A DNA stretch of 64,000 nt from NCBI RefSeq assembly GCF_006345805.1, contig NC_043006.1, positions 49,042,001 to 49,106,000 on the forward strand. Reading direction: 5' to 3'. This document shows, piece by piece, positions 52,531-64,000 of this stretch. This stretch comes from Octopus sinensis. Taxonomy: Eukaryota. Each line of letters begins with the position of its first letter. Position 1 is the first letter of the stretch. The position numbers and the translations under genes are program-made. Under the pieces are notes generated by a model, which saw only the letters and a list, made by a program, of their open reading frames with translations, searched no databases and had not been told where the DNA came from.

Positions 52531-53927
52531 AACTAAACCTTCAAATGCAGTACCCAGCATGTCTGCATTCCAGCCAAGAGGAAAAAACAAAACACAAAAA
52601 CATATTTATTTTATATGCATGAATGTTTACAAATGAAGGGGAAAAAAGTAGTCTACACATCAATACATAAAATAGAGTTTGTATATTTTATGAGAAGCAG
52701 CTTGAATTGTTACACTGAATTTTATGTTACAAATTATTCAAACATTTGATGAAAGGAAGCAGCATAACAATATATAAGAAAAAATATTCATAAATACATC
52801 AACATATGATTAGTCAGCGAGATTTGATTGGTTGACAAGAAAGCATTAGATAATGCATCACACATTCATCTGTTCAATTGTCAGACATAACGGTGATGTA
52901 TTCATCTATTGTCTTGTGATACAATAGAACAATGCATATCAGTGTTGTTTACATGTTAAGTGCACCAGGTTAGCTAGAAGTACGAGTTCAATCCTCGGGT
53001 AAGTCAAGCTATATACAGGCTGGTTTAAGCATTAAATATTCCTGTATTATTTCCTATTATATCATTGATAATTTTAATGGCTGGTATTAGGAAGGGCATC
53101 ATTTATAGAAACCATGCCAAAACAAATGATTGAAGCCTGGTGCAGCAGGTCAGCTGCTGTCAAACCATCCAGCCTATGCCAGCATGGAAAATGGATGTTA
53201 AATAGTGATCACACACACATATTATATACATACATATAGGCACTGGCGTGGCCTTGAGTTGAGGTGAAGAAATTTGCTTTGCAACCTCAATTTCAGGTTT
53301 GGCTTCTTGGGTGTCTTCAACTGTAGGCCCAGACAGCAACATGTTTGGAGTGAATTTGGTAAACAAAAGCTTAAAAAGAAGCCCAGCGTGTATGTGCGTG
53401 TGTGTATATACAGCGTGTATACACATGTGTATATACATATATGTGACCGTGTGTGCACCGTTGGCAATTTTTTTTCCTCTGTCTTCCCTTCTCCTATGTT
53501 TCCAACGAAGAGCTCTGCTCAAAACGTTAAACCCTCCTTCTTTCCTTCATTCCTGAACGTCCAATAATACTATATTTGTTCCACGTCTTTGCGTTGTTGT
53601 GTTTTTTTGTGCTTTCTTGTTTGGATTAACTATATATATATATGTGTTTATAAATGCTACTCAAGTATCACAAAATTGTTTGGGCAGTAAATTTGTTGTG
53701 ATTTGGTGATAAATTGGGAGAGTTTTATGCTATTAAGGAACGTTTGTGTTGCAAATTGTATATTGTATTGGCGGATGGCAGACATCAAGGGGCAAAAAAT
53801 CAGGGAAATTAAACATTAGTTAATAACATAGGCGGAAATCAGGTCTGAATAATTCTATGCCGGTAAGTGGGGTTGGTGGAAAATCAGAACGGTATAAGAG
53901 TGGGGGTAGACTGTGTGTATATATATA

Positions 53928-53960
<33 letters not shown>

Positions 53961-54160
53961 CCCCAGCTGTGCTTGTACCATGTAAAAAGCACTCAGTCCA
54001 CTCTGCTGGGTGATCGGTGTTAAGAAGGGTATCCAGCTGTAAAAATCGTGCCAAAACAGACACAGTAGTCTGATGCAGGCTTCTGCCTGGCCGGCACCTG
54101 TCAAACTGTCTCACCCATACCAGCATAGAAGGCAGACCTTAAATGATGATGATGATGATA
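53961..54160 (+). mobile_element. Diverged RTE 3'UTR fragment with GAT tail
   Basis: catgtaaaaagcac...aagaagggtatccagctgta...aatgatgatgatgat. Smaller fragments occur at about 53070-53205 (+) and 22965-23030 (-). Confidence 0.65.
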
Positions 54161-54166
54161 TAAGCT

Positions 54167-54394
54167 TTAGCCCTTTAGTATTTAAACCGGCCATATCTGG
54201 CCAAAATATTTAATCTGTTTTATGTTCAAACTGACCAGATCCAGGCTCTCACACCTACCCTACAATGTTATTCTACATTAAGTAATTACACCATCAAGAT
54301 CTTGAAGATATGAGATGATGCATGGTTAATTCAAAATCAATGTGAATCAATAGGCATTATGTTTGATAGAATAATCAGAACACTAAAGGGTTAG
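54167..54394. mobile_element. piggyBac-like MITE (family E) with TTAG target duplication
   Basis: TTAG-CCCTTTAGT ... ACTAAAGGG-TTAG. A 3' half of the same family lies at about 28162-28265. Confidence 0.75.
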
Positions 54395-54854
54395 AGTATT
54401 AGCTGTCATATGACAGGTAAGTTTGGAAGTATACTTTAGCAACCATGGGTAATAGCAGGAAATATGGCAGGTATATACAATAATCATAAACTTTTATCAA
54501 ACTTCCTGGGCTAATAGAAAATGATGAAATGAATAAATATTTTCAAAAAAAAAAAATTTTATAACTTAAAATTAAAATAAAATTTCTCATTTGAATAATT
54601 GTTAAAATTATTCTACCCTTTAGTCCCTCTTTTCTTCCCACCCAATGATTCATTCCCTTTCACTGTGTGTATGTGTGTGTGGCACTCCTTTACACATTTC
54701 CTGCCACCAAGCCTAGTATGTGCACTCATCCTGCACCTCTTATATTAACTTTCTCTGTATCTCTCTTTTACTCTCTCTCTTTCTCTTCATACAATGTAAA
54801 GCATGACTAAAGAAACCAACCAACCAGCCTTTGTATCAGCTTTTATATACATAC

Positions 54855-55262
54855 AGGCACAGGTATGACTATAAGCACAGGTCCTACTGTGCTTATAGTC
54901 ATACCTGTGTGACACTTTGTGCAAGTGTCTTCTACTATAGTCTCACATCAACCAAAGCCTGGAGAGTGGATTTGGTAGAAGGAAACTGAAAGAAGCCTTT
55001 CATGTATAGGTCTGTGTGTCTTTACCTCTGTGTTTGCCCCCTCCCCCCCACACTGCTTGACAACCAGTGTTGGTGTGTTTATGTCCCTCATCACTTAGTG
55101 GTCCAACGAAACACATGAATAGAGTAAGTGCCAGGCTTTCAAAAATTGATATGTACTGGGCGGGTGGGGGGGTCGATTCATTCAACTAAAATATCCATCA
55201 AGGGAGTGCTCCAGTATGGCCACAATCTAGTGACTGAAACAAGAGATAAAAGATAGATAAAA
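54855..55262 (+). mobile_element. Diverged SINE family A whose head is replaced by a 23-bp perfect hairpin
   Basis: Body and tail match family A; inverted repeat 54858-54909. Confidence 0.75.
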
Positions 55263-55653
55263 AGATGTGTGTGTGTGCATCCATATTCGCATGCACACAC
55301 ACACACATACGCATACACGGTCTCTCTTTTCTGTATAAGGTTACAACTTATATTTCCCTGGAGTGAAGGTAAGACACAGCTGTCTTTATAACAATGAAGC
55401 ACAATGACATGTTCACATCTGTCCTCTGCTCTAGAAAGGACAGACAGACTGTCCTTTCTTTAACGGCATGTTAATCAAGGATACTTGTTTACGATTTCAG
55501 ATTATCTCCCCTATTCTTTTGAAATTGATTGCATATGACATCAGGTGTTTGTTTACTTCCCCACAAAGTGAAAATAATTTTAGTAATTCAGGAAGCATTT
55601 AATGTAACAATGTGCTATTTACTATATAGCAACACTAATTAATGCCACTATAT

Positions 55654-55654
<1 letters not shown>

Positions 55655-55701
<47 letters not shown>

Positions 55702-56224
55702 GTGTGTGCGTATGTATATATACACACACACACGCACGCACACATGTATATACATACAAATATATACACATACATATATGTGTGTGTACATATGCGCACA
55801 CATACGTACATATGCATGCACGTGTGCAACCGAGCGCGTGCATGTGAATATCCGTGCACAATGCAATCGTACACTCACGTAAATACACTAATATATGCAC
55901 ACACATGAATGCGTGCACACCCACACGCATGGATGCACATACAAATACACAAAAAAAAATCTACATGCACAAATGTATATACGCACACAGAAACACCAAT
56001 GTATATGTATATATGGACATATAGAGAGGTGTATACAAAATCACGGACGCATGTCTATGCACATGAATATACGTATGGACCCGAGCGTATACATACGCAT
56101 AGACAGATGCGTAAAATATTCCTAAATACATGTATATACATACATACATATTGATAAATGCACCTGTATAAGATACATACTCAAACGCATACTCATACAT
56201 ACATAAACATCGTATACGCACATA

Positions 56225-56270
<46 letters not shown>

Positions 56271-56728
56271 TAGACAGAGAGACAAGGGGTGGGAGAGAGG
56301 AGATTCACTTACATGCACACATATACACGCACGAACACATACACACACAGCATCGCTTTACCAAAGCGAAATGCCAAAATATACATTCACACATTTATAT
56401 ATTCGCACGCTCACACACAACTACGCACATATACACACACACCCGTACATAAAATACACAATAAATGCATACGCACACAGATACACATGCATGCATGCAT
56501 AGACACACAGACAATATGTATGTGTCGCTTTGCTTATCTCCGCCTTCTGTGGTCTAGTTGATGAGAACCAGTACTTCGTCTATCTGCTACATATTTTATT
56601 GTCCTTGGAAGGGAAAAGCTATGACGAGATATGAACTCACAACATAAAGGGACGCAACCAAATACCACAAGGTGTTTTACCTAACAACCTAACACTCTAC
56701 CTACTGTACATTTGCACACACACAATAT

Positions 56729-56760
<32 letters not shown>

Positions 56761-58110
56761 ATCACATATACACACTCATGTTTTTAGTTATATTTTTCTT
56801 TTTGCATCATCAAACCTGTATATATATATATACATATATGAACAAACACATATAGTCTTCAATATATTTTATACTTAAAAATTTCTTTGATAATGCAACT
56901 CGGTGTTTTGAGCCACATAGCTTTACAGCTAAATACGTGTAACCGTACCTGCATGCGTCTGTGTGTGTGTGTGTGTGTGTGTTTAAGCATACTGTATATA
57001 CGTGTGTGCATCTAAGTATACATGTATGTGTGTGTGTGTGTGTGTGACTGTCTCGGGGCTTGATCAAACGATGAGCAAATTAAAAGACTTCGCAAAAAAT
57101 TGTCTGTGCATAAAAGAGACAGAGAGAGAAAGAAAGAAAGAAAGTAAGAAAGAAAGAATGTGTGTGTATTATTTGTGCATGTAAAAGAAATTTATACACA
57201 GGTATACAGCACAAACATATCTGCAAACACGCTATATCAAATACAAAGAAAATCCGAAGTAAAATAATGGATACACAAGACATTTACATACTATTGTGTG
57301 TGTGTATTCACACACAGGGAATTCGTATGCATAATAGTAAGTAATATTTCCTAGCATATACTGCCTGTGCATTTTTAGACATAAGTGCATATGTGTTCAA
57401 ATAAGCACACACACACGCACACACTCACCATCAGCCAGAGTGTTCTTACACCTACACTCAGAGTTGGAGATACCCATTCGCAGACATATACGCACACCCA
57501 TGTACTTGGCACGTTTATCTGCACACATAGGCTTTATATAGCTATCTGCTTTGTTCACTCACACACACATATACACACACACGTATACACCTACACCTGA
57601 GAACGTACACCTTGCGATACGGTACACAGATATGAATATGCATATATATAAATATTTGTGTGTGTGTGTGTGTGTGTGTGCGCACTTTAACATTAACGCA
57701 ATCATGCATATCAACGTGCACGTTTAGAAATGTCCGTGAGTGTATTTATAATTATATGCATATATACATATATATATATATACGCGAATACATACATACA
57801 TACACAAAAACACACTACGCGAACACACACACGAATACACACATACACAAGGACCTACACACACACACGAATATACACATACATAAAGACACACACACAA
57901 ACACATACGTATACACTCATACGCACACACAGTTGTGTGTGTGTGTGTATCGTCTGTAAAAAAACCATATCTGAAAGAAGCACAATACATACACACACAC
58001 ACACATGTATATGACAAATTCACAATGCACGCTTTGTTATACATACATACATACATGTGTGTGTGTGTGTGTGTTTATCATACATGTATGCATAATAAAA
58101 TTCCAGATAT
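55655..58110. repeat. Extended degenerate CA/TA/TG low-complexity zone
   Basis: Direct inspection; explains the His/Thr/Tyr/Val/Cys-rich ORFs. Confidence 0.8.
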
Positions 58111-58704
58111 AAGCATGTATACACGCAGACACACACGAACATTCATTGGTGAGTGGTTTGACAGTATCAAAGCAGATATGAGGACGTCTGAAATAAAGAT
58201 TTTCACGAATTAAACCTTGTGAAAGACGAAACTTTAAAAGAAATAAAAATTTTAGAAAAATCTTCCGCTGTGTTGTGGCTCTCATCCGTTTTCTTTACCT
58301 ACAACTTAACTATGCTTTCATGGACAAGATTTATACTTAAATAGTTTCTTGTTAAAACTTGGTCGTGTTGTTTGTTGTTGATTAAGGTTTTTTCTTTGTT
58401 TATTTTATGTCACTTGCTTTGCTGATATGGTTGTTGTTTATGGTCGTTTATGGGTGTTATTTGGTGACGGAGAGTAAGAAAGAGAGCTGTTACGGTAGAG
58501 AGAGAGAGAGGCTATGTGAGTGAGAGAGCAGAGAAAGACAGTGTGTGAAGACAGAGAGAGTGGGTGAGGGCAGAGAGTGTAAGTGAAGAGAGAAGCAGAG
58601 AGAGAGTGAGAGAGAGAGAGAAATCAATGGTGAATGCCAGTGAAAGAGACGGAGAGAGCACGGGAAAGAAACGATTCAATAAAGAAAACTGATAGATGAA
58701 AGAA

Positions 58705-58734
58705 AGAAAGATAGATAGATAGATAGACGGATGA

Positions 58735-58779
<45 letters not shown>

Positions 58780-58853
58780 CATATATATAGACGGATAGAT
58801 AGATGGATATATAGACAGATAGGTAGACAGATATATAGACGGATAGATAGATG

Positions 58854-58900
<47 letters not shown>

Positions 58901-58909
58901 GGATAGATG

Positions 58910-58947
<38 letters not shown>

Positions 58948-59015
58948 CAGACGGATAGATGGATAGATAGATAGACAGACAGACAGATAGACGGATGGAT
59001 ATATTGATAGCTAGC

Positions 59016-59047
<32 letters not shown>

Positions 59048-59165
59048 CAAATAGGTAGACAGATATATAGACGGATAGATAGATGGATAGATAGATAGAC
59101 AGACAGATAGACGGATAGATGGATAGATAGATAGACAGACAGACAGATAGACGGATGGATATATT

Positions 59166-59209
<44 letters not shown>

Positions 59210-59394
59210 GATAGATAGATAGACGGATAGACAGATAGGCAGATAGATAGATAGATAGACGGATAGACAGATAGACAGATAGATAGATAGATAGACGGAT
59301 AGATAGATAGATAGATAGACGGATAGATAGATAGATAGATAGATAGATGACAGACAGATAGATAGATAGATGACAGACAGACAGACAGACAGAC

Positions 59395-59444
<50 letters not shown>

Positions 59445-59485
59445 GTAGATTGATTGATTGATTGATAGATAGATGGATATAATGG

Positions 59486-59529
<44 letters not shown>

Positions 59530-59530
59530 G
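58705..59530. repeat. (GATA/GACA/GACG)n tetranucleotide satellite
   Basis: Direct inspection; a smaller array lies at 25930-26090. Confidence 0.95.
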
Positions 59531-59875
59531 AAAATATTAGAATGAAGGAGTGTTTTTAATGCTGGACATTATAGCAGAGAGAAGTATAAACTGAAGAGAT
59601 CTAAACAAAGAGAGATTTTGTGAGAGAGAGAGAGAAAGAGAGAGGAAAAAAGAATGAGGAAGAGAGAGAGAGAGAGAGCAATACAGAGAAAGGGAGAGGA
59701 ACAGATAACAACGGAGTGTGTATGTGAGAGTGAGAAAGAGGAGTAGATAGAATGAAAGTGTATATGAGAGTGAGGGAGAGAAGAAAGAGAGAGAGAGAGA
59801 CTGAATGAAATGTAGTAGACAGAGAGAAAGATTAGAGTATAATTGAAGGGAATGTGTGAAAAAAAGGTTACCTAC

Positions 59876-60026
59876 CTGGTTCAGGCTTCATTGCCACGTC
59901 CGATGATGGCAGAAGATAAAGTATAGCGAGAGGGTGAGTGTCGTTGTCGTAGTGGTCGTCCACTTCACACAGAGACAGACATCGAACCCGCAGCTGAAGT
60001 ATATAGTTGACCTTCTGTCTTCTTGC
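59876..60026 (-). CDS. Candidate exon of an unidentified host gene (5'UTR plus start MKPEP, or a fully coding 151-nt exon)
   Basis: Minus strand: acceptor tttatttatttcag|GCAAG at 60026 and donor CCAG|GTAGGT at 59876. Frame 1 is open throughout (ARRQKVNYILQLRVRCLSLCEVDDHYDNDTHPLAILYLLPSSDVAMKPEP+G); the other two frames have stops. ATG at 59891 in context GGCAATG; phase-1 donor. Unique sequence. No homology recognised. Confidence 0.5.
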
Positions 60027-60143
60027 CTGAAATAAATAAACTCACTTCTCTCTCTTTATCACCACACTGTGTCTCTTAATTCACCCTTCTTCCTGGCTTC
60101 GGTTTCTTTATACTGATATACAATCATCTGCCTATTGGAATAT

Positions 60144-60255
60144 ACACTCAGCTGATTGCATGTATATATATAAACACTCAGCTGTTTTTATGTATATGTG
60201 TATATTCGTCGAGACACTTAGTTGTCTGTACGAATGTAGATAATACACTCAGCTG
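60144..60255. promoter_or_regulatory. Homotypic cluster of ACACTCAGCTG (E-box CAGCTG) motifs
   Basis: Exact 11-mers at 60144, 60174 and 60245; degenerate ACACTTAGTTG at 60214. Confidence 0.45.
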
Positions 60256-60351
60256 TTTGTGTGTCCGTATATAATAGGGTGAGTGAGGGACACCCATATG
60301 CCTGTCTATAAAACACGTCCATGGTTTGTTATTTCTTTGCCGCATTCACAG

Positions 60352-60459
60352 GGGTTATTGGTTCGAATGGCTCTTTGTCCTCGATACAATCCAGGCGATC
60401 TGTGTTCGTCTTATGAAACATCGGGTAGAGAGAAGTAATTCGGGAAACTATCACCAACC
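60352..60459 (+). other. Possible plus-strand (antisense) exon
   Basis: ttatttctttgccgcattcacag| acceptor, ACC|GTGAGT donor, 108 nt, one open frame (GYWFEWLFVLDTIQAICVRLMKHRVERSNSGNYHQ). TATAAAA at 60307. Confidence 0.25.
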
Positions 60460-60626
60460 GTGAGTCTATGGTGTACTGTAGCTGTATGAGTAAGTATGTG
60501 AGTGAGAGCGAATGTAATGTGAGTGAGCATAAGTGAGTGAGTGTGCCTAAGTGAATGAGTGTGTATGTATTTGTGAGTGTGTATAAGTGAAGTGAAATAC
60601 TAACTTGATCTGGGCTAGTTGTCCGA

Positions 60627-60673
<47 letters not shown>

Positions 60674-60913
60674 CTCGACGGGTGAACGTTCTCACTAATC
60701 GCAAGAACAGAAACGAGCAAAACTCTTAAACTAAGATAATTTCAAAGGCAAGAGCAGATAATGTCGTTCAGTAAAACTTTATAACATTCACGCATGCATA
60801 TATAGACATAGACATAGAGAATACATTACAGAAAACAGATATACAAACACACGCAAACACATTAACTAATGTTCACAGTGTAAAAATAATAATAGTTTTT
60901 GTGGCTTGGTTAT

Positions 60914-61027
60914 TGTCAACTCTCAGCACACTCATGTTGTTGTTGTTGTTATACTGCTGGAGTGAGACTGAAGTGTCAAGCTCCACTCCCCTGCTGTCAA
61001 ACCTCTCTCGCTATCAGCTGTGACGTC
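60914..61027. promoter_or_regulatory. TGTCAA x3 plus CAGCTG and TGACGTC motif cluster
   Basis: TGTCAA at 60914, 60974 and 60995; CAGCTG at 61015; TGACGTC at 61021; all in unique sequence. Confidence 0.25.
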
Positions 61028-61153
61028 CCTCTTGTCCTACTCCTAGAATAAATTACTAGATTCTTGCCTAGTCATGCCGACTGCTATTAGGTAATAATAC
61101 TAATGTATACAAACTGTTCACCTAATATGTATTATATAAACTTACATAGAATA

Positions 61154-61185
<32 letters not shown>

Positions 61186-62829
61186 ATGTCGATTAAGTAA
61201 TTTTAGAGGGTTAACCTAGACTTACATATCACATCATACTGGTGATTTTTAAGTAGTGAGCTAGATCTATGTACTTATATAAACACTATACTACTATGTG
61301 TCAGAGAAAAACTGATCACACGTATATAAGAAAGAAAATATTAGTCATACACCCATAGGTGTATTCAAAACTTTATGTGCAATTTTTCTTATACATTAAT
61401 GGAAGTTCAACTCAACGTAGACATGTAGAGAATATAAGTCATATATCGTTACGTATAGTCTATGGCTCGTATACTTATGCATATAAAACTTTATCTGTCT
61501 ACCTCGAAAACACTTTTCTCCATACCATTATATACATAATCTTGTATGTACGTAGAATATGTTGTTTACATACTGTTGTATATTTTAAAAATATGTATAT
61601 TGTTTATATAAACAATAATATTCACTCAAACATTTTTTGTATATAAACACTAGGTTATAAGTAGACCTATGCTAAAATAAAAACAAAAAAACTTTAGTAT
61701 GAACGAGTGTGCATATATGTAAAAATTATTGGAGCACTATACTTAAATTTTAACTGGGTAGATATTAATATATACACCCTCGTACGTCAGTATGTCAATG
61801 TCTGTCTTTGCACCTATCGTCACTGCGATGAGGAAAATATTAATTCCTTACATTATTATTTTTTTTTAACTGAGAAGCAGCAAATTTAAACACGCTTATA
61901 CCCGTGTATATATATCCTTCAATGATGGTGAGAAATCATACAATCGAGTAATAATACCTTAGTGCCATCTCGATGAATGAAAAGTTGGCGACAGAGGAAC
62001 ATGAAGCTATGGTAATAATAGCTTCTTAATGTAGGTATTTTATCTCAAGTTTTCATATATCTACAGTACTCTGAATCCCGGGCAGAAGAAATTCATTTGC
62101 ATAATGAGAGTCTGAGCACTAATAAAAAGCTCCATAGGATCTACTATTCTACCTCCAACGAAAAATGCATAACGCTTTTACGCTTGCTATTTACATTGGA
62201 ACGAGCACTGCAATACTGCTAAATAAGATTAATTAAAGAAGATATATATTATCTCTATCCAGGGTCTATTATAGAAATTTAGAAATAGTTCTGGTAAAAC
62301 ATGAAAAATATTTACAGTCGATAGTGTTAAATTTTTTGTTATATATGTATATATTCTATGATTGTGTACGTTTCAAAAGAGAAATGTGTTGAAATAAATA
62401 TTCCAGCCAAGTGTCATTCTGTACTGTATCTTTCCAGTTGCCTTAAAAACAAACAAAAACACTGTGTTGCTGTCTAAATGACTAGTGGAGCAGGGTGTCT
62501 CTTGGAAGATTTGGCGAGCTGTCGTTGTTATTGTTATTGTTGCTGCTACTGCTGTATCATGTGATGCCAAAGCTTCTAGCTTCCTCCTTCCGTCTTTTTT
62601 TTTTTTTTTTCAATGTATTTGCCACAGACAAACCTTTCTCCTCCTGTCTTTATATTATTGTGTCTATATATATAAATATATATATATATACACAGACAAA
62701 CCCCACTTTTCTTTTTCAGCTGATCTACGAATGTCAAAACCATTCGTTAACGTTATTTTTTATTAACTTTTTTTTTCTGTTACAGTTCTTTTGGTCTCGA
62801 AATTCCTCCTCATGCAACAGTTTCTATCG

Positions 62830-62869
<40 letters not shown>

Positions 62870-64000
62870 CAGGCATACACACACGCACCCCTCTATCTAA
62901 CAATCTAATTAATATCTGCGCGTAATTATATGTATTTAATATGCTTTTCTTTTTTATTCTTGTGTATGTCTAAGATATATATATATATATATATATCACA
63001 CGTTTTACCGTTTCCATTTAGGCACATGTAGGTTTTTCATACACGTGTCTATATATAGATGTCTGTTTATTTATTTCGACTAACACTCATATGGGAGGGG
63101 TCGCTGGCAGGAGAGAAAGAGAGAGAGAGAGAAGAAAACAGGTGGTACTTAACTACAACAGTAGTTTTCAGAGGGAGTATGAGAGGTATTTCAATTATTA
63201 TCATTATTATTATTATTATTATACAACTCCACCTCCTTCTCCCTTCTTGTAATCGATAATTTATACAGCTGATCAATCGATTTACTTTCCTGCTGCAAGG
63301 CGATATAAGGTAACATAAGGAGATGGAAAAATACCTGGAAATAACTACGAAAATCCCCACCTGTCTTTCTACATCTGATTTTTCTATTGCTTGCATTCCA
63401 AATGACTTCGTACGTTGCTTGCAACTCTATTTTTCTCTTTCTCTCTCTCTCTCTTTCTCTCTCTGCCCCCCTCTCACTCTCGTATATGCATACGCGCGCG
63501 CACTTCACACACGCACATTCACAAGCTTTCTCTAACCCTTCTTCCTTCAATGGGAATTTACATATATATATATATATAAAAAAAAAACCTCAGGAGCAAA
63601 GCATACTCTCAGTGATTTGGCTGCATTGACTTGGTTTGTATTACATAACATTGCACTTGCACAACGCCTTTTATATACACAAAAACCAATGATTCTTCTC
63701 TCTCTCTCTCTCGTATGTTTCACTTTTCCTTCTTCACGAATATATCCATCTATTTTCTATCATTGTTGTAAACACGGTTCTTTTCGTCTTAATTTTTTTT
63801 ACTTCCAACGTTTAAAAGTTGATATATGCAAAACACAAAAATACTTGGAACTAAACCGAAGATATTTTTAGAATATTTTACAGTTACCCACACACAAACA
63901 CTCATCCAACATACTATTGTCTTTTCGCTAACCATCAGTACACTACAATGTCAGATGGGTATTGTTCAGCCCTAGGTTATTCCTGATCGAGCAGACCTAT

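Overview
AT-rich eukaryotic genomic DNA, almost certainly a coleoid cephalopod and most likely Octopus. This is inferred from the recurring tRNA-headed SINE families, GAT-tailed RTE 3' ends and very dense (TA)n/(CA)n/(GA)n/(GATA)n/(AAT)n microsatellites. No ORF in the supplied track is a credible intact protein; nearly all are translations of microsatellites or SINEs. The window looks like intronic or 5'-regulatory space of a large minus-strand gene. The best coding candidates are two short ATG-bearing exons ending in phase-1 donors (59876-60026, MKPEP; 14545-14634, MAKN), with no downstream coding exon recognisable here. Repeats include three SINE families (labelled A, B, C), truncated RTE-clade LINEs, a decayed L1/Tx1-type LINE with EN and RT motifs, TTAA/TTAG-flanked piggyBac-like MITEs, Charlie-like hAT elements and two local tandem duplications. 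The most interesting signals are the possible alternative first exons, a phased E-box cluster at a possible divergent promoter, CpG-depleted versus CpG-retaining domains, closely spaced inverted SINE pairs, a SINE-B concatemer, a decayed hammerhead-like core and several long perfect hairpins. I found no convincing new protein-coding system. Repeat boundaries were read by eye (about +/-10-20 bp unless TSDs or TIRs are quoted).
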